Counted from the first letter of the stretch, positions 1 through 9,978 are shown. The stretch: 32,375 bases of DNA from Paramoeba atlantica (GCA_977017575.1 CDRNVI010000134.1:1-32375); one strand, 5' to 3'. Translations and numbers: made by a program. The notes: generated by a model from the sequence alone, not told the origin.

Positions 1-163
1 CATGGTAGCCTGCATCTTGTAAGGCTGCAGCTGGAAAATCAGCATCAATGGTTTTAGTTTCTTGCAGTACTAAGCAATCAGGTTGATGTGTTGATAACCA
101 ATCTAAGACATGTTGTAAACGCACTCGCAATGAATTGACGTTCCAAGTGGCCAGTTTAATCAC
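1..163 (-). CDS. xthA: Exodeoxyribonuclease III, 5' part (runs off the left edge)
   Basis: Manual translation from GTG at 163: [37 protein letters not shown], with the ATWNVNS and LQETK motifs of the ExoIII family; GGAGAG RBS at 171-176. Confidence 0.9.
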   Translation of the reverse strand, partial: MIKLATWNVNSLRVRLQHVLDWLSTHQPDCLVLQETKTIDADFPAAALQDAGYH

Positions 164-478
164 GGATTAACTCTCCTTGTGGCTAAGCATACAGTGTATC
201 AGGATCATTTAGGATTTGCGTTATAGGATATTGTACGCCAAAATAGCGCCCGCTTTGAGCCATAGTCCAAGTCATTTTTATTAACAAAATAGCTTTTCAG
301 AAAAATAAATTGGATTTTAGCGTTCAGATTGGGTTTAGGTAGTCGGGTTGCGATTGAAAAAAAGCGGAAGAATAGTTGGGCTATTTTGAGTATTTTTTGA
401 ATGAGCAACCCGCCTAGATGAGCTCAAGATGACATGATAAAATCCAATTTATTTTTCTGAAAAGCTACAGGAAATCAC

Positions 479-2478
479 ATGCCTAATCACCATGATCTCG
501 CTAATGCCATCCGCGCACTCAGTATGGATGCGGTACAACAAGCCAATTCAGGTCATCCAGGCATGCCATTGGGTATGGCTGACATTGCTACCGTATTATG
601 GCATCAACATTTACGTCATGCTCCTAACAACCCACAGTGGTTTAATCGCGATCGGTTTGTGTTATCTAATGGTCACGGTTCAATGCTGCAATACGCATTA
701 CTGCATTTAACGGGTTACCCCCTTAGTATTGATGACTTAAAACAATTCCGACAATTGCACGCTAAAACACCTGGCCATCCTGAATTTGGGATCACCCCCG
801 GTGTTGAAACTACAACCGGTCCACTTGGACAAGGCATCGCCAACGTGGTTGGCATGGCAATCGCTGAACGCCACTTGGCTAGCCAATTTAACCAACCTAA
901 TTTTCAGATTATCGATCATTACACGTATGCATTTTTAGGTGATGGTTGTTTAATGGAAGGGATCTCTCACGAAGCCTGTTCATTAGCAGGCACACTGGGT
1001 TTAGGTAAATTAATTGTATTTTGGGATGACAATGGTATTTCGATCGATGGTGATGTCAGCGGTTGGTTTACTGACGACACCGCACAACGTTTTGCAGCGT
1101 ATCATTGGCATGTTATCGATAATGTTGATGGTCATGATCCACAGGCAATTGACGCAGCGATCACTGCTGCAAAAGCAGTTAGCGATAAACCCAGTTTAAT
1201 CTGCTGTAAAACAGTGATCGGATTTGGTTCACCAGCAGTTGCTGGTACTGCAAAAAGCCATGGGTGCGCCATTAGGCGATGCTGAAATTGCAAATACCCG
1301 TGAAAAACTTAACTGGCCACACCCACCGTTTGTGATCCCAGATGATATCTATCAAACGTGGGATGCACGTAAACAAGGCGAGCAACACGTTAGTCAATGG
1401 CAACAACAATTGACAGCATATCAACAAACACACCCTAAATTGGCTACTGAATTAAACAGGCGACTTAACAATGAATTACCAGAAACCTGGTCACAAACAA
1501 TAACAACATTAGTTACAGAGTTACAACAACAGCAACAAACGGTTGCTACTCGCAAAGCATCACAACATTGTTTAAATTCGATTGCACCGATCTTACCTGA
1601 ATTAGTCGGTGGTTCAGCTGACTTAACCGGATCAAATTGCACGAATTGGCAGGCATGTCGTACATTAACTGCAACTGATTACAGTGGTAATTACATTCAC
1701 TATGGTGTGCGTGAATTTGCGATGACAGCAATTGCCAATGGCTTGCGTTTGCATGGCAGTATCATTCCGTATACTGGGACATTTTTAGTATTTTAGCGAC
1801 TACGCACGTAATGCTGTACGTTTAGCAGCATTAATGCAAATACAAACTATTTTAGTGTATTCACATGATTCAATTGGATTAGGTGAAGATGGACCAACAC
1901 ATCAACCAATTGAACACACAGCCAGTTTACGCTTGATCCCAAATGTAAATGTTTGGCGTCCAGCAGACAGTGTTGAAACAGCTGTTGCTTGGCAACACAG
2001 TATTGAACATCGCACCGGCCCAAGCTGTTTATTACTATCACGACAAAACTTGCCAACACTGGCACGCGATGACGATGCAGTTAAACAGATCAGTCGTGGT
2101 GGTTATGTGTTACGTGACAGTGAGCCAACCAAACCCATTGATGCAATCATCATCGCAACCGGTTCAGAAGTATCATTAGCATGTACTGCACAAACACGCT
2201 TGCAACAACAGCATAATATAAACGTGCGCGTGGTATCTATGCCTTGTCTCGATGTATTTAGCCAGCAATCTAAAGATTATCAAGAAACCGTATTACCTAG
2301 CACTATTAATAAACGTGTTGCCGTTGAAGCCGGTAGTCCAGAATCATGGTACCGTTGGGTAGGTGATCAAGGCACTATCATTGGCATTAACCGTTTTGGT
2401 GAATCAGCACCTGCAGCGCAAGTATTCGAATATCTTGGGCTCACCACAGATGCGGTTATTGAGGCATGTTTGCAGTAA
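479..2478 (+). CDS. tkt: Transketolase, split into three ORFs by two +1 homopolymer frameshifts (~1262, ~1792)
   Basis: [21 protein letters not shown] ThDP motif, YGVREF and [15 protein letters not shown] motifs; 2000 nt minus 2 extra bases gives 665 aa, the normal length. Confidence 0.95.
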
Positions 2479-2616
2479 AATTAGCTTTTGTGCACACAAT
2501 TAAATAATAATACACTAATGTTACCCATCGCTGATATAGAAAAATCGTATTAATTGTTTTACAATTCACACACTAAATTAACATCGTAAATTCATCAACA
2601 AAACATGAGGGAAACT

Positions 2617-3627
2617 ATGGCCATCAACGTCGCTATCAACGGTTATGGGCGCATCGGACGTAATATATTACGCGCACTGTATGAGAATAAACGTCGCAAC
2701 GATATTAACATTGTCGCTATCAACGATTTAGGTGACATTAACATTAATGCTCATTTAACTCGTTATGATTCCGTACACGGACACTTTAATGCAGAAGTCG
2801 GTGTTGATGGTGATAATTTAGTGATAAATGGCGATAAAATTCGTGTATTTTCGCAACGCAATCCAAGTGACATCCCTTGGGGTAGTATGAATGTTGACGT
2901 TGTATATGAATGCACGGGGCATTTTGCAAGCCGCGATAAATCGCAAGCCCATATCAATGCTGGGGCTAAAAAAGTGATTATCTCTGCACCAGCTGGCACT
3001 GATGTTGATGCAACGATTGTATATGGTGTTAACCATCGGGTATTAAAAAGTAGTGATACTATCATTTCCAATGCATCGTGCACTACAAATTGTTTAGCAC
3101 CAATCGTCAAACCATTGCATGAAAAAATCGGCATTGTATCTGGATTAATGAATACAATTCATGCTTACACTAACGATCAAGTGTTAACAGATGTACACCA
3201 TAAAGATTTGCGTCGTGCACGTTCGGCGACTCAATCATTAATCCCAACATCAACCGGAGCGGCCAAAGCCGTTGGCTTGGTTATTCCGGAATTAGCTGGC
3301 AAACTAGATGGCTTTGCTATTCGAGTACCAACAATCAATGTCTCGGTTGTTGATTTAACATTTGTCGCTGCGCGCAATACCAGTGTTGATGAAGTAAACC
3401 AAGTGATTAAACAGGCTGCAGAAACTGATTTAAACGCTGTGCTAGGTTATAACGAATTACCATTAGTCTCGATTGACTTTAATCATAATCCTAATTCATC
3501 TACATTCGATGCCACACAAACTAAAGTTATTGGCAACACTGTCAAAGTACTGGCTTGGTATGACAATGAATGGGGGTTTTCTAATCGGATGTTAGATACC
3601 ACAATGGCATTAATGCAGGCAAGTTGA
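2617..3627 (+). CDS. gap: Type I glyceraldehyde-3-phosphate dehydrogenase
   Basis: [19 protein letters not shown] and WYDNEWGFS motifs; HAYTNDQ carries the Thr typical of GAPDH rather than Epd. Start placed at ATG 2617 behind GAGGG; the ORF track starts at 2605. Confidence 0.93.
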   Translation: MAINVAINGYGRIGRNILRALYENKRRNDINIVAINDLGDININAHLTRYDSVHGHFNAEVGVDGDNLVINGDKIRVFSQRNPSDIPWGSMNVDVVYECTGHFASRDKSQAHINAGAKKVIISAPAGTDVDATIVYGVNHRVLKSSDTIISNASCTTNCLAPIVKPLHEKIGIVSGLMNTIHAYTNDQVLTDVHHKDLRRARSATQSLIPTSTGAAKAVGLVIPELAGKLDGFAIRVPTINVSVVDLTFVAARNTSVDEVNQVIKQAAETDLNAVLGYNELPLVSIDFNHNPNSSTFDATQTKVIGNTVKVLAWYDNEWGFSNRMLDTTMALMQAS

Positions 3628-3634
3628 ATCTGTC

Positions 3635-3762
3635 TATACTCAAAGCGTTTTAAATTTAGGACTTTGTTGGCTGCGCTGATCTCACAAAAGTCATGTATTT
3701 CAATACACTCCTTTTGTTCGACAGCTTGCCGCCTCGCCTAAATTTAAAACGCTTTGAGTATA
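3635..3762. mobile_element. 128-bp ERIC/IRU-like miniature inverted-repeat element
   Basis: Perfect 26-bp terminal inverted repeats TATACTCAAAGCGTTTTAAATTTAGG (3635-3660) and its reverse complement (3737-3762); TA ends; on the minus strand the blocks AGGCGGCAAG, AGGAG, TGAC, GTGAG and CGCAGCCAAC occur in the same order as in the ERIC consensus as I recall it. Confidence 0.85.
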
Positions 3763-3776
3763 AAATCGTGAATATG

Positions 3777-5168
3777 CTACAACACATCCGATTTAATGAT
3801 CAGCATCTTTTCATGGGTCATGTCATGCATTGAATAGGGAATGCCACCGGTATTAAAGCCAGATTGTTTACGTCCAGCAAATGGCATCCAATCGGCACGA
3901 AACGCGGTATGATCATTGATTAACACCGTTTTAGCTTGTAAACGTTTAATTAGATCGAATGCCGTATCAATGTTCTTGGTAAATACTGCTGATTGAAATG
4001 AAAATGGCAACACATTAGCCGCATTCACTGCATCATCTAACTCTTGATAGGTATTAATACACACAACCGGCCCAAAAATTTCTTCGCGACACACGCGAGC
4101 ATCCAATGGTGGATTCAATAAAATTGTCGGCGCATAACACGTTTTTGATAACCGTTTACCACCGCATAATACCTTTGCACCAGCATTTACTGCTTCATCT
4201 ACCCACTCAGCAACCCGATCCACTTCAGTCTCACTAATTAATGGGCCTACTTCCGTTTTTGGATCAACTGGATCACCAACAATTAACTGTTCAGCCAATT
4301 TTGTCATCCCTTTTGCTAAGCGTTTTGCGACATCTTGATGTGCAAAAACACGTTGTACTGAAATACACACTTGTCCTGCATGATAAAAACCACCTTTTGT
4401 TAACAATGGCACCGCTGCATCGATATCTGCATCTTGAGTAACAATGACTGGGGCAGCACCACCGTGTTCTAATGTACAGCCCACACCTGGTGGTAATAAT
4501 GATCGCAAATGCCAACCAACACGACCAGAGCCAATAAACGATAAAAAACTAATGCGCGGATCAGATACAAACTTTTCTGCTACCTTACTGTCACACATGA
4601 TCACTTGTGCCCAAGCTTTCGGTAACCCTGCCTCATGTAATAATTCAACAAGAGCAAAACATGATAAAGGTGTTTGTGCTCGCCGGTTTAATTAACACAG
4701 GACAACCCACAGCGATGGCTGGGATCACTTGGTGAATCACTAAATTCATCGGGTGGTTAAATGCGCTGATTGCCAATACTACACCGACTGGTTCACGCAA
4801 GGTATATGCAATGCGTTGTTCACTGGCCTTGGTTAATCCCATTGGAATTTCCCGACCCGTCATTTGGCTAATATGTTCAATCGCGACTTTAATACCTTGT
4901 GCTGCACGTTCGGCTTCAATCAACGAATCGACTAACGGCTTGCCACCTTCTTCCGCAGATTGTTTGGCTAATGCTTTTTGCTGTTCAGTAAACAACACAT
5001 ACATCCGTTCTAAAATAGCAATGCGCTCGGGATAGATAACCACTGACTACGATCAGTAAATGTGGCATACGCTGTAGCTAATGCAGACTCAACTTGTGAT
5101 TCAGTTAATAATTCAATACCTTTAATTAAATGACCATCGTACGGAGAAAAAACATTTAAATTCGTCAT
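3777..5168 (-). CDS. NAD(P)-dependent aldehyde dehydrogenase, two compensating frameshifts (~5030, ~4672)
   Basis: Reconstructed 463 aa: SAFNHP, IKPAS, FIGSG, TLEHGG, catalytic GQVCIS, EEIFGP and MPFAGRKQSG motifs; ATG 5168 behind AAGGA. Confidence 0.9.
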
Positions 5169-5178
5169 CTATTTATCC

Positions 5179-6824
5179 TTATAAGGTACACGTTTTCGCT
5201 AACAACTCATCTGTTAACACGCGTATATTTTCTGAATAATCTACAGGCACTTCAATAATATGTACACCTTTTTGTTGTAAGCATGTTGTTAATGTCTGTG
5301 CAAATTGATCGGTTTGTGTAATACGGTGACCTGTTGCGCCATAAGCTTTGGCGTATGTCACAAAGTCAGGATTATTGTAATCTAAACCAAAATCATGCAA
5401 ACCCATTGCTTGTTGTTTCCATTTGATCATACCGTATGCTTTGTCACAAATAATAATAACCACTAAATCAAGCCCAAGTGTCACTGCAGTTTCTAATTCT
5501 TGCGAATTCATCATGAAACCACCATCACCACAAATGGCTATCACGTTACGCTTAGGATGGACAATCTTAGCAGCAATTGCTGAAGGCAACCCAGCACCCA
5601 TGCTAGCTAATGCATTATCTAATAGTAATGTTTTTGCATTAAAGGCACTAAAATTACGTGCAAACCAGATCTTATACATGCCATTATCTAACGCAGCAAT
5701 ACCATCTTTGGGTAATACACGACGTACATCATGAACTAACCGTTGTGGCATGATTGGGAAACGTGGGTCGTCATTGTGTTGACTGATATGTTGATCAACT
5801 TCTTGTTTGATCGTAGCAAAATAAGCAAAATCCCAATGTGATTGTTTTTTTAATTAAGTCTGTTATCTGTTGCAATGCACAGCTAATATCGCCAATCACT
5901 TCTAGTGTTGGGAAATATACTTCATCAATATTTGCTGGAAAAAAATTAAGATGAATAACCTTACGTTTTTCGCCAAGCTGCATGAAGAAAGGCGGTTTCT
6001 CAATCACATCATGGACCCACATTAATGATTAAATCAGCACGGCTAATTGCACAATGTACATAATCATTATTAGATAAGGCCGCTGTCCCCAAGAAACGTT
6101 GATCATGCTCATCTAGTACACCTTTTCCCATTTGCGTATTGAAAAAATACATATCTGTTTTATCAATAAATTGACGCAATGCAGCAGAAATTGCTTTGCG
6201 ATTACCACCAGCACCGATCAATACTAATGGGCGTTTTGCTGCTTGAATTAATTCAACTGCAGCATTAATACTGGCTGCATCTGGATGAGGTAATGTCAGT
6301 TTGGTAACTGTATATAACGAAGCATCACAATCTTCTTGGGCAATATCTTCGGGTAATTCTAAGTGTACAGCACCTGGACGTTCGGCTTGACTAATACGAA
6401 ATGCTTCTCGAATTAATGAGGGAATGTGATTACCATTGACAATCTGCCGAGTAAACTTAGTTAATGGGCGCATCATTTCAACAATATTAACAATTTGAAA
6501 TTGTCCCTGCTTACTTTTTAAAATTGGTTTCTGCCCAGTGATCATTAACATTGGCATACCACCTAAATTGGCATATGCTGCTGCAGTCACAAAGTTAGTC
6601 GCACCAGGGCCAAGTGTCGACAAACACACACCTGTTTTACCTGTCAATCGCCCATAAGTTGCTGCCATAAAACCAGCAGCTTGTTCATGACGAGTAATAA
6701 TCAATTTAATCTGAGAATTGCGGATTGATTCTAATAAATCTAAATTTTCTTCACCTGGGATCCCAAAAATATACTCAACATCTTCATTTTCTAATGCTTT
6801 TATAAACTGATCAGATGCTTTCAT
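5179..6824 (-). CDS. Acetolactate-synthase-large-subunit-like ThDP-dependent enzyme, two +1 frameshifts (~6013, ~5850)
   Basis: FGIPGEEN, RHEQ, STLGPGATN and GDGGFMMNSQELET motifs; 1646 nt minus 2 gives 547 aa; no small regulatory subunit adjacent. Confidence 0.88.
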
Positions 6825-7029
6825 TCAAAGACACTCCCAAATGAGAAACAGTTAATAAGATTAAGCATAGCGGTATTTTTATAATAATGTAACATTGAAC
6901 ATTCAACCTAGATTCAGCAGTTGAATTGGTCTGCAAAGCATCCCAGTTCAAGCCTGGGACAAGCTTTTTGCTGATATTTTCTGGCAAGATCTGCCAAAGA
7001 TGGCCTTTCCCTTAATAGTAACTGAGCCG

Positions 7030-7662
7030 TTAAAAGAAATCGTACCAAGATTTATGAATGTTGTTCTGGCAACCTTGTAACTGGCGACGCCATATAGCAG
7101 CACGTACAGCAACATGTTTAGATACTCGAATTAACCATTGCTTACCTCGGTAAGTCCCACGTTGATAACCACCAATACCTTCATGATAAGCCAGGTATAG
7201 ACGATATGCATCTGACTTAGAAATACCCGCGCGGCGATTTGCATTGTTAGCATACCAACCAATAAAATCGATGGCATCTTTAAATGTTAAACGCGATGAA
7301 AATATTCCGCCAGCACTTTCTTTATATTCTGCCCATGTGGCATCTTTTACTTGTGCATAGCCATACGCATCTGACTTGCGAAACCACGGAACCACACCAA
7401 ATAATTTAGTGCGCGACGGTTTTGCTTTCCCATTAAAAGAAGACTCTTGTCGCATAATCGACATTTGTACAGCAATAGGCACACCCCAACGTCGTTCAGA
7501 CTTAAGCGCTGCCCAATACCAATCTGGATATTGAGAAAAAATAGCGCATATATTATCAACATTGGTTGGCTTTGGTGGTGTACTACAACTTGTTAAGTGG
7601 ATTACAAAAAAGATGAATATGCAACTTAACTTAATCACCCAAAATCTATTTGTTATTCTCAT
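7030..7662 (-). CDS. Predicted lipoprotein with transglycosylase SLT-like domain
   Basis: Hydrophobic leader ending in lipobox LTSC; MRQESSF, AYGYAQ and LYLAYHEGIGGY motifs typical of SLT-like proteins. Start placed at ATG 7662; the ORF track extends to 7731. Confidence 0.75.
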   Translation of the reverse strand: MRITNRFWVIKLSCIFIFFVIHLTSCSTPPKPTNVDNICAIFSQYPDWYWAALKSERRWGVPIAVQMSIMRQESSFNGKAKPSRTKLFGVVPWFRKSDAYGYAQVKDATWAEYKESAGGIFSSRLTFKDAIDFIGWYANNANRRAGISKSDAYRLYLAYHEGIGGYQRGTYRGKQWLIRVSKHVAVRAAIWRRQLQGCQNNIHKSWYDFF

Positions 7663-7906
7663 TATTTTGTCAAACCCCCTAAGCACTTGCATTGATAATA
7701 GCATTATACTGATTGCATTTAAAAATGTCACAAATAGAAGCGACGAACTATTTGAGCTGCAACGAAGTATATACCCTACCTGGCTTAGTTGGATTCCGCA
7801 ATAGAAATATATATTATGAATTTGGCTATGAGTAAACTAACATTTAACTATTTAAGCTTATTACTTAAAACTAAATTTAACGCTTGAATTAACAGTAAAA
7901 AGAATA

Positions 7907-8114
7907 CTAACGCATAAGTATTTTGGCTACATTAGCTACAGTAGGATGTGGGTCGGTTAATAAACGTTTTGCATGCTGTGCAAAGTTAATATGACGACAA
8001 AACCATAACGTCCATAATGCCGTTTCACGAATAATTGGATTTGGATTCTGTATTTTTTCTTCAGCAATTCTCACTATATCATTCAACTTCATGTAGGTCG
8101 CCGCATACAATGCA
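7907..8114 (-). CDS. 3' fragment of a bacterial gene, HEAT-repeat-like C-terminus, truncated at the junction
   Basis: Two D/N-P-x-P-x-(I/V)-R/A-x-x-A units (NPNPIIRETALWTL, DPHPTVANVAKIL); the frame is closed upstream by TAA at 8123-8125 inside the tRNA fragment; no RBS or credible start. Confidence 0.5.
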
Positions 8115-8143
8115 CTACCGCTTTACCGCTCAGCCACACTATA
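8115..8143 (-). pseudogene. 5' half of a mitochondrial tRNA (probably Tyr), cut in the anticodon stem
   Basis: Minus strand TATAGTG TG GCTG AGCGGTA AAGC G GTAG is an acceptor 5' strand, D arm and start of the anticodon stem, then bacterial sequence; no anticodon, T arm or 3' strand. Confidence 0.7.
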
Positions 8144-8151
8144 AAAAATTA

Positions 8152-8225
8152 TAATTGGTATAGGACTCGAACCTATATCTAATGATTTAGAAGATCATAA
8201 TTTTAACCAATTAAACTAACCAATT
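8152..8225 (-). tRNA. trnR: tRNA-Arg(UCU)
   Basis: Cloverleaf; anticodon arm ATGAT CTTCTAA ATCAT; fully paired acceptor stem AATTGGT/ACCAATT. Confidence 0.93.
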
Positions 8226-8252
8226 AAATACAAAACAACAAAAATAGGTTGA

Positions 8253-8493
<241 letters not shown>

Positions 8494-8592
8494 TTTCGAA
8501 AATATTTTTATACATATATTTTACTAATTAATAAAAATTCAAAATTGATTACATATTCAAATGTAATCCATAATAATTTTTACGTAATTATA

Positions 8593-8665
8593 TAAGAAGA
8601 GTAGGACTCGAACCTACATCTGTGGCTCATGAGACCACTGAGTTAACCTATTACTCCATCTTAAA
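8593..8665 (-). tRNA. trnM: tRNA-Met(CAU), probably initiator
   Basis: Anticodon arm GTGGT CTCATGA GCCAC; D stem GAG/CTC; acceptor positions 1-3 mismatched. Confidence 0.85.
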
Positions 8666-8683
8666 AAATAATTAACTCATCGT

Positions 8684-8766
8684 TATTGGAGGAGGGACTC
8701 GAACCCTCAAGCCTAAAAGGCAATAGATTTTAAGTCTATCATGTTTACCAATTCCATCACACCATT
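8684..8766 (-). tRNA. trnL: tRNA-Leu(UAA)
   Basis: Anticodon arm ATAGA CTTAAAA TCTAT; long variable arm GCCTTTTAGGC; GTTCGAGTCC T arm. Confidence 0.92.
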
Positions 8767-8940
8767 AAAAAATAATTAATAAAAATTTTTGTATATGAAA
8801 ATAAAATATTATCTCTTATACAAACCCCCCAAACCCCCCTTATTATATGTGACAAATAATATACTTAAATCAGTGTATAATAGATTTCAAAAATTTACAA
8901 AAAAATTTTATTAAATTAAATTAATACGGATAAAATAATT

Positions 8941-9012
8941 TCATTTCTAAGGGATTTGAACCCTTATTTCTGCTGTGAAAGAGCAATGTCCTAACCATTA
9001 GACGAAGAAAAA
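8941..9012 (-). tRNA. trnE: tRNA-Glu(UUC)
   Basis: Anticodon loop CTTTCAC; D arm GTCT AATGGTT AGGAC. Confidence 0.92.
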
Positions 9013-9312
9013 TAAATCATATATTATTAAAGTAAGATATATCTAAAATAAATAATCATATTAATTTACTAATTTTTTATTTTATTAAAAAAATAAAATC
9101 TTTTAAATTACTATAATTATTTATTTTATAATTTTTTCTCTTTTTAAAAAAATTTTAAGTAAAATATGTATGTTTTATGACTGTTATTTCATATGGTAAA
9201 TGTACATTTATCATAAATTGATATAATAGATATAATAGATAATATTTTATATTTTATATACAAAACATCTTGATTATATAGTAATAAAATAAACATATTT
9301 TATTATATTTTA

Positions 9313-9386
9313 TGCGGAGGAAGGGATTCGAACCCTCATCTTTTAACTCGACAGGTTAAAGCTTTAGCCTATTAAGCTACCTCCTT
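9313..9386 (-). tRNA. trnD: tRNA-Asp(GUC)
   Basis: Anticodon arm TTAAC CTGTCGA GTTAA. Confidence 0.92.
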
Positions 9387-9399
9387 GTTATTATAATTA

Positions 9400-9470
9400 T
9401 CAGGACGATAGGATTTGAACCTATAACGTCTACACCCAAAATAGATATTTTACCTTTAAACTACATCCTT
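9400..9470 (-). tRNA. trnP: tRNA-Pro(UGG)
   Basis: Anticodon arm TCTAT TTTGGGT GTAGA. Confidence 0.92.
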
Positions 9471-9504
9471 ATAAAAAATATTTTTTCTTTTTTTATACAT
9501 ACAA

Positions 9505-9578
9505 TACAGATGAGGGGACTCGAACCCCTAAAATTTAGTGCCTAAAACTAATATGTCTACCAATTCCATCACATCTAT
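9505..9578 (-). tRNA. trnL: tRNA-Leu(UAG) with short variable loop
   Basis: Leu-type D arm ATG GAATTGGTAGA CAT; anticodon arm TTAGT TTTAGGC ACTAA; only 5 nt before the T stem. Confidence 0.85.
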
Positions 9579-9644
9579 CTTTACAAATTAATAAAAAAAT
9601 TTTAATAAAATATATATTTTATTAATTTTATTATTCTTAATTTA

Positions 9645-9717
9645 GGTAAGAAATGAGACTTGAACTCATACTATCGAAATCACAACTCGATGTGCTAACC
9701 TATTACACCATTCCATA
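9645..9717 (-). tRNA. trnH: tRNA-His(GUG)
   Basis: Anticodon arm TCGAG TTGTGAT TTCGA; C73 discriminator. Confidence 0.92.
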
Positions 9718-9723
9718 TTTTTA

Positions 9724-9796
9724 TAGATAGTATAGGGCTCGAACCTATAACCCTCAGCTTAAAAGGCCGATGCTCTACCAATTGAGCTAACTATTT
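9724..9796 (-). tRNA. trnK: tRNA-Lys(UUU)
   Basis: Anticodon arm TCGGC CTTTTAA GCTGA. Confidence 0.93.
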
Positions 9797-9805
9797 TTTT
9801 ATTTA

Positions 9806-9878
9806 TAACCCCAGATAGACTCGAACTATCAATTTGCACTTATCAAATGCATGTTTTAACCAATTAAACTATAGGTAT
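9806..9878 (-). tRNA. trnI: tRNA-Ile(GAU)
   Basis: Anticodon arm TGCAT TTGATAA GTGCA. Confidence 0.92.
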
Positions 9879-9905
9879 TTATTATATTTATATTAAATTT
9901 AAAAA

Positions 9906-9978
9906 AGTTAGGAAACGGACTCGAACCGATATCTATAGATTTGCAATCAATTATAATAACCATTTATACTATCCTTAA
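9906..9978 (-). tRNA. trnC: tRNA-Cys(GCA)
   Basis: Anticodon loop TTGCAAA; U73 discriminator. Confidence 0.9.

Larger units (their letters stand above)
1..8114. other. Gammaproteobacterial chromosomal segment (standard genetic code)
   Basis: About 40% GC by eye; bacterial genes on both strands with Shine-Dalgarno motifs; TGG used for Trp; tkt-gap adjacency. The gammaproteobacterial (possibly Legionellales/Coxiellaceae-like) assignment is from recalled protein similarity, not a search. Confidence 0.9.

Noticed and set aside
205-408. 67-aa minus-strand ORF between xthA and tkt
   Set aside because: Lies in the divergent promoter region, has no RBS or recognisable motif, and overlaps promoter-like TACAAT/TATAAC boxes.
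435-443. Extended -10-like TGATAAAAT upstream of tkt
   Set aside because: No convincing -35 and the motif is common in AT-rich DNA; cannot be supported without transcript data.
492-7804. Numerous short ORFs overlapping tkt, gap, ALDH, ALS and the SLT gene (e.g. 492-710, 2763-3134, 4241-4441, 5423-5734, 7347-7562)
   Set aside because: Shadow or alternate-frame ORFs of well-supported genes.
8115-8143. tRNA at the junction as an integrase attachment site
   Set aside because: The tRNA is not reconstituted, no duplicated 3' part or integrase is present, and the other side falls inside a CDS.
8547-8568. Hairpin GATTACAT-attcaa-ATGTAATC upstream of atp9
   Set aside because: An 8-bp AT-rich stem is expected by chance; no full cloverleaf can be built around it.
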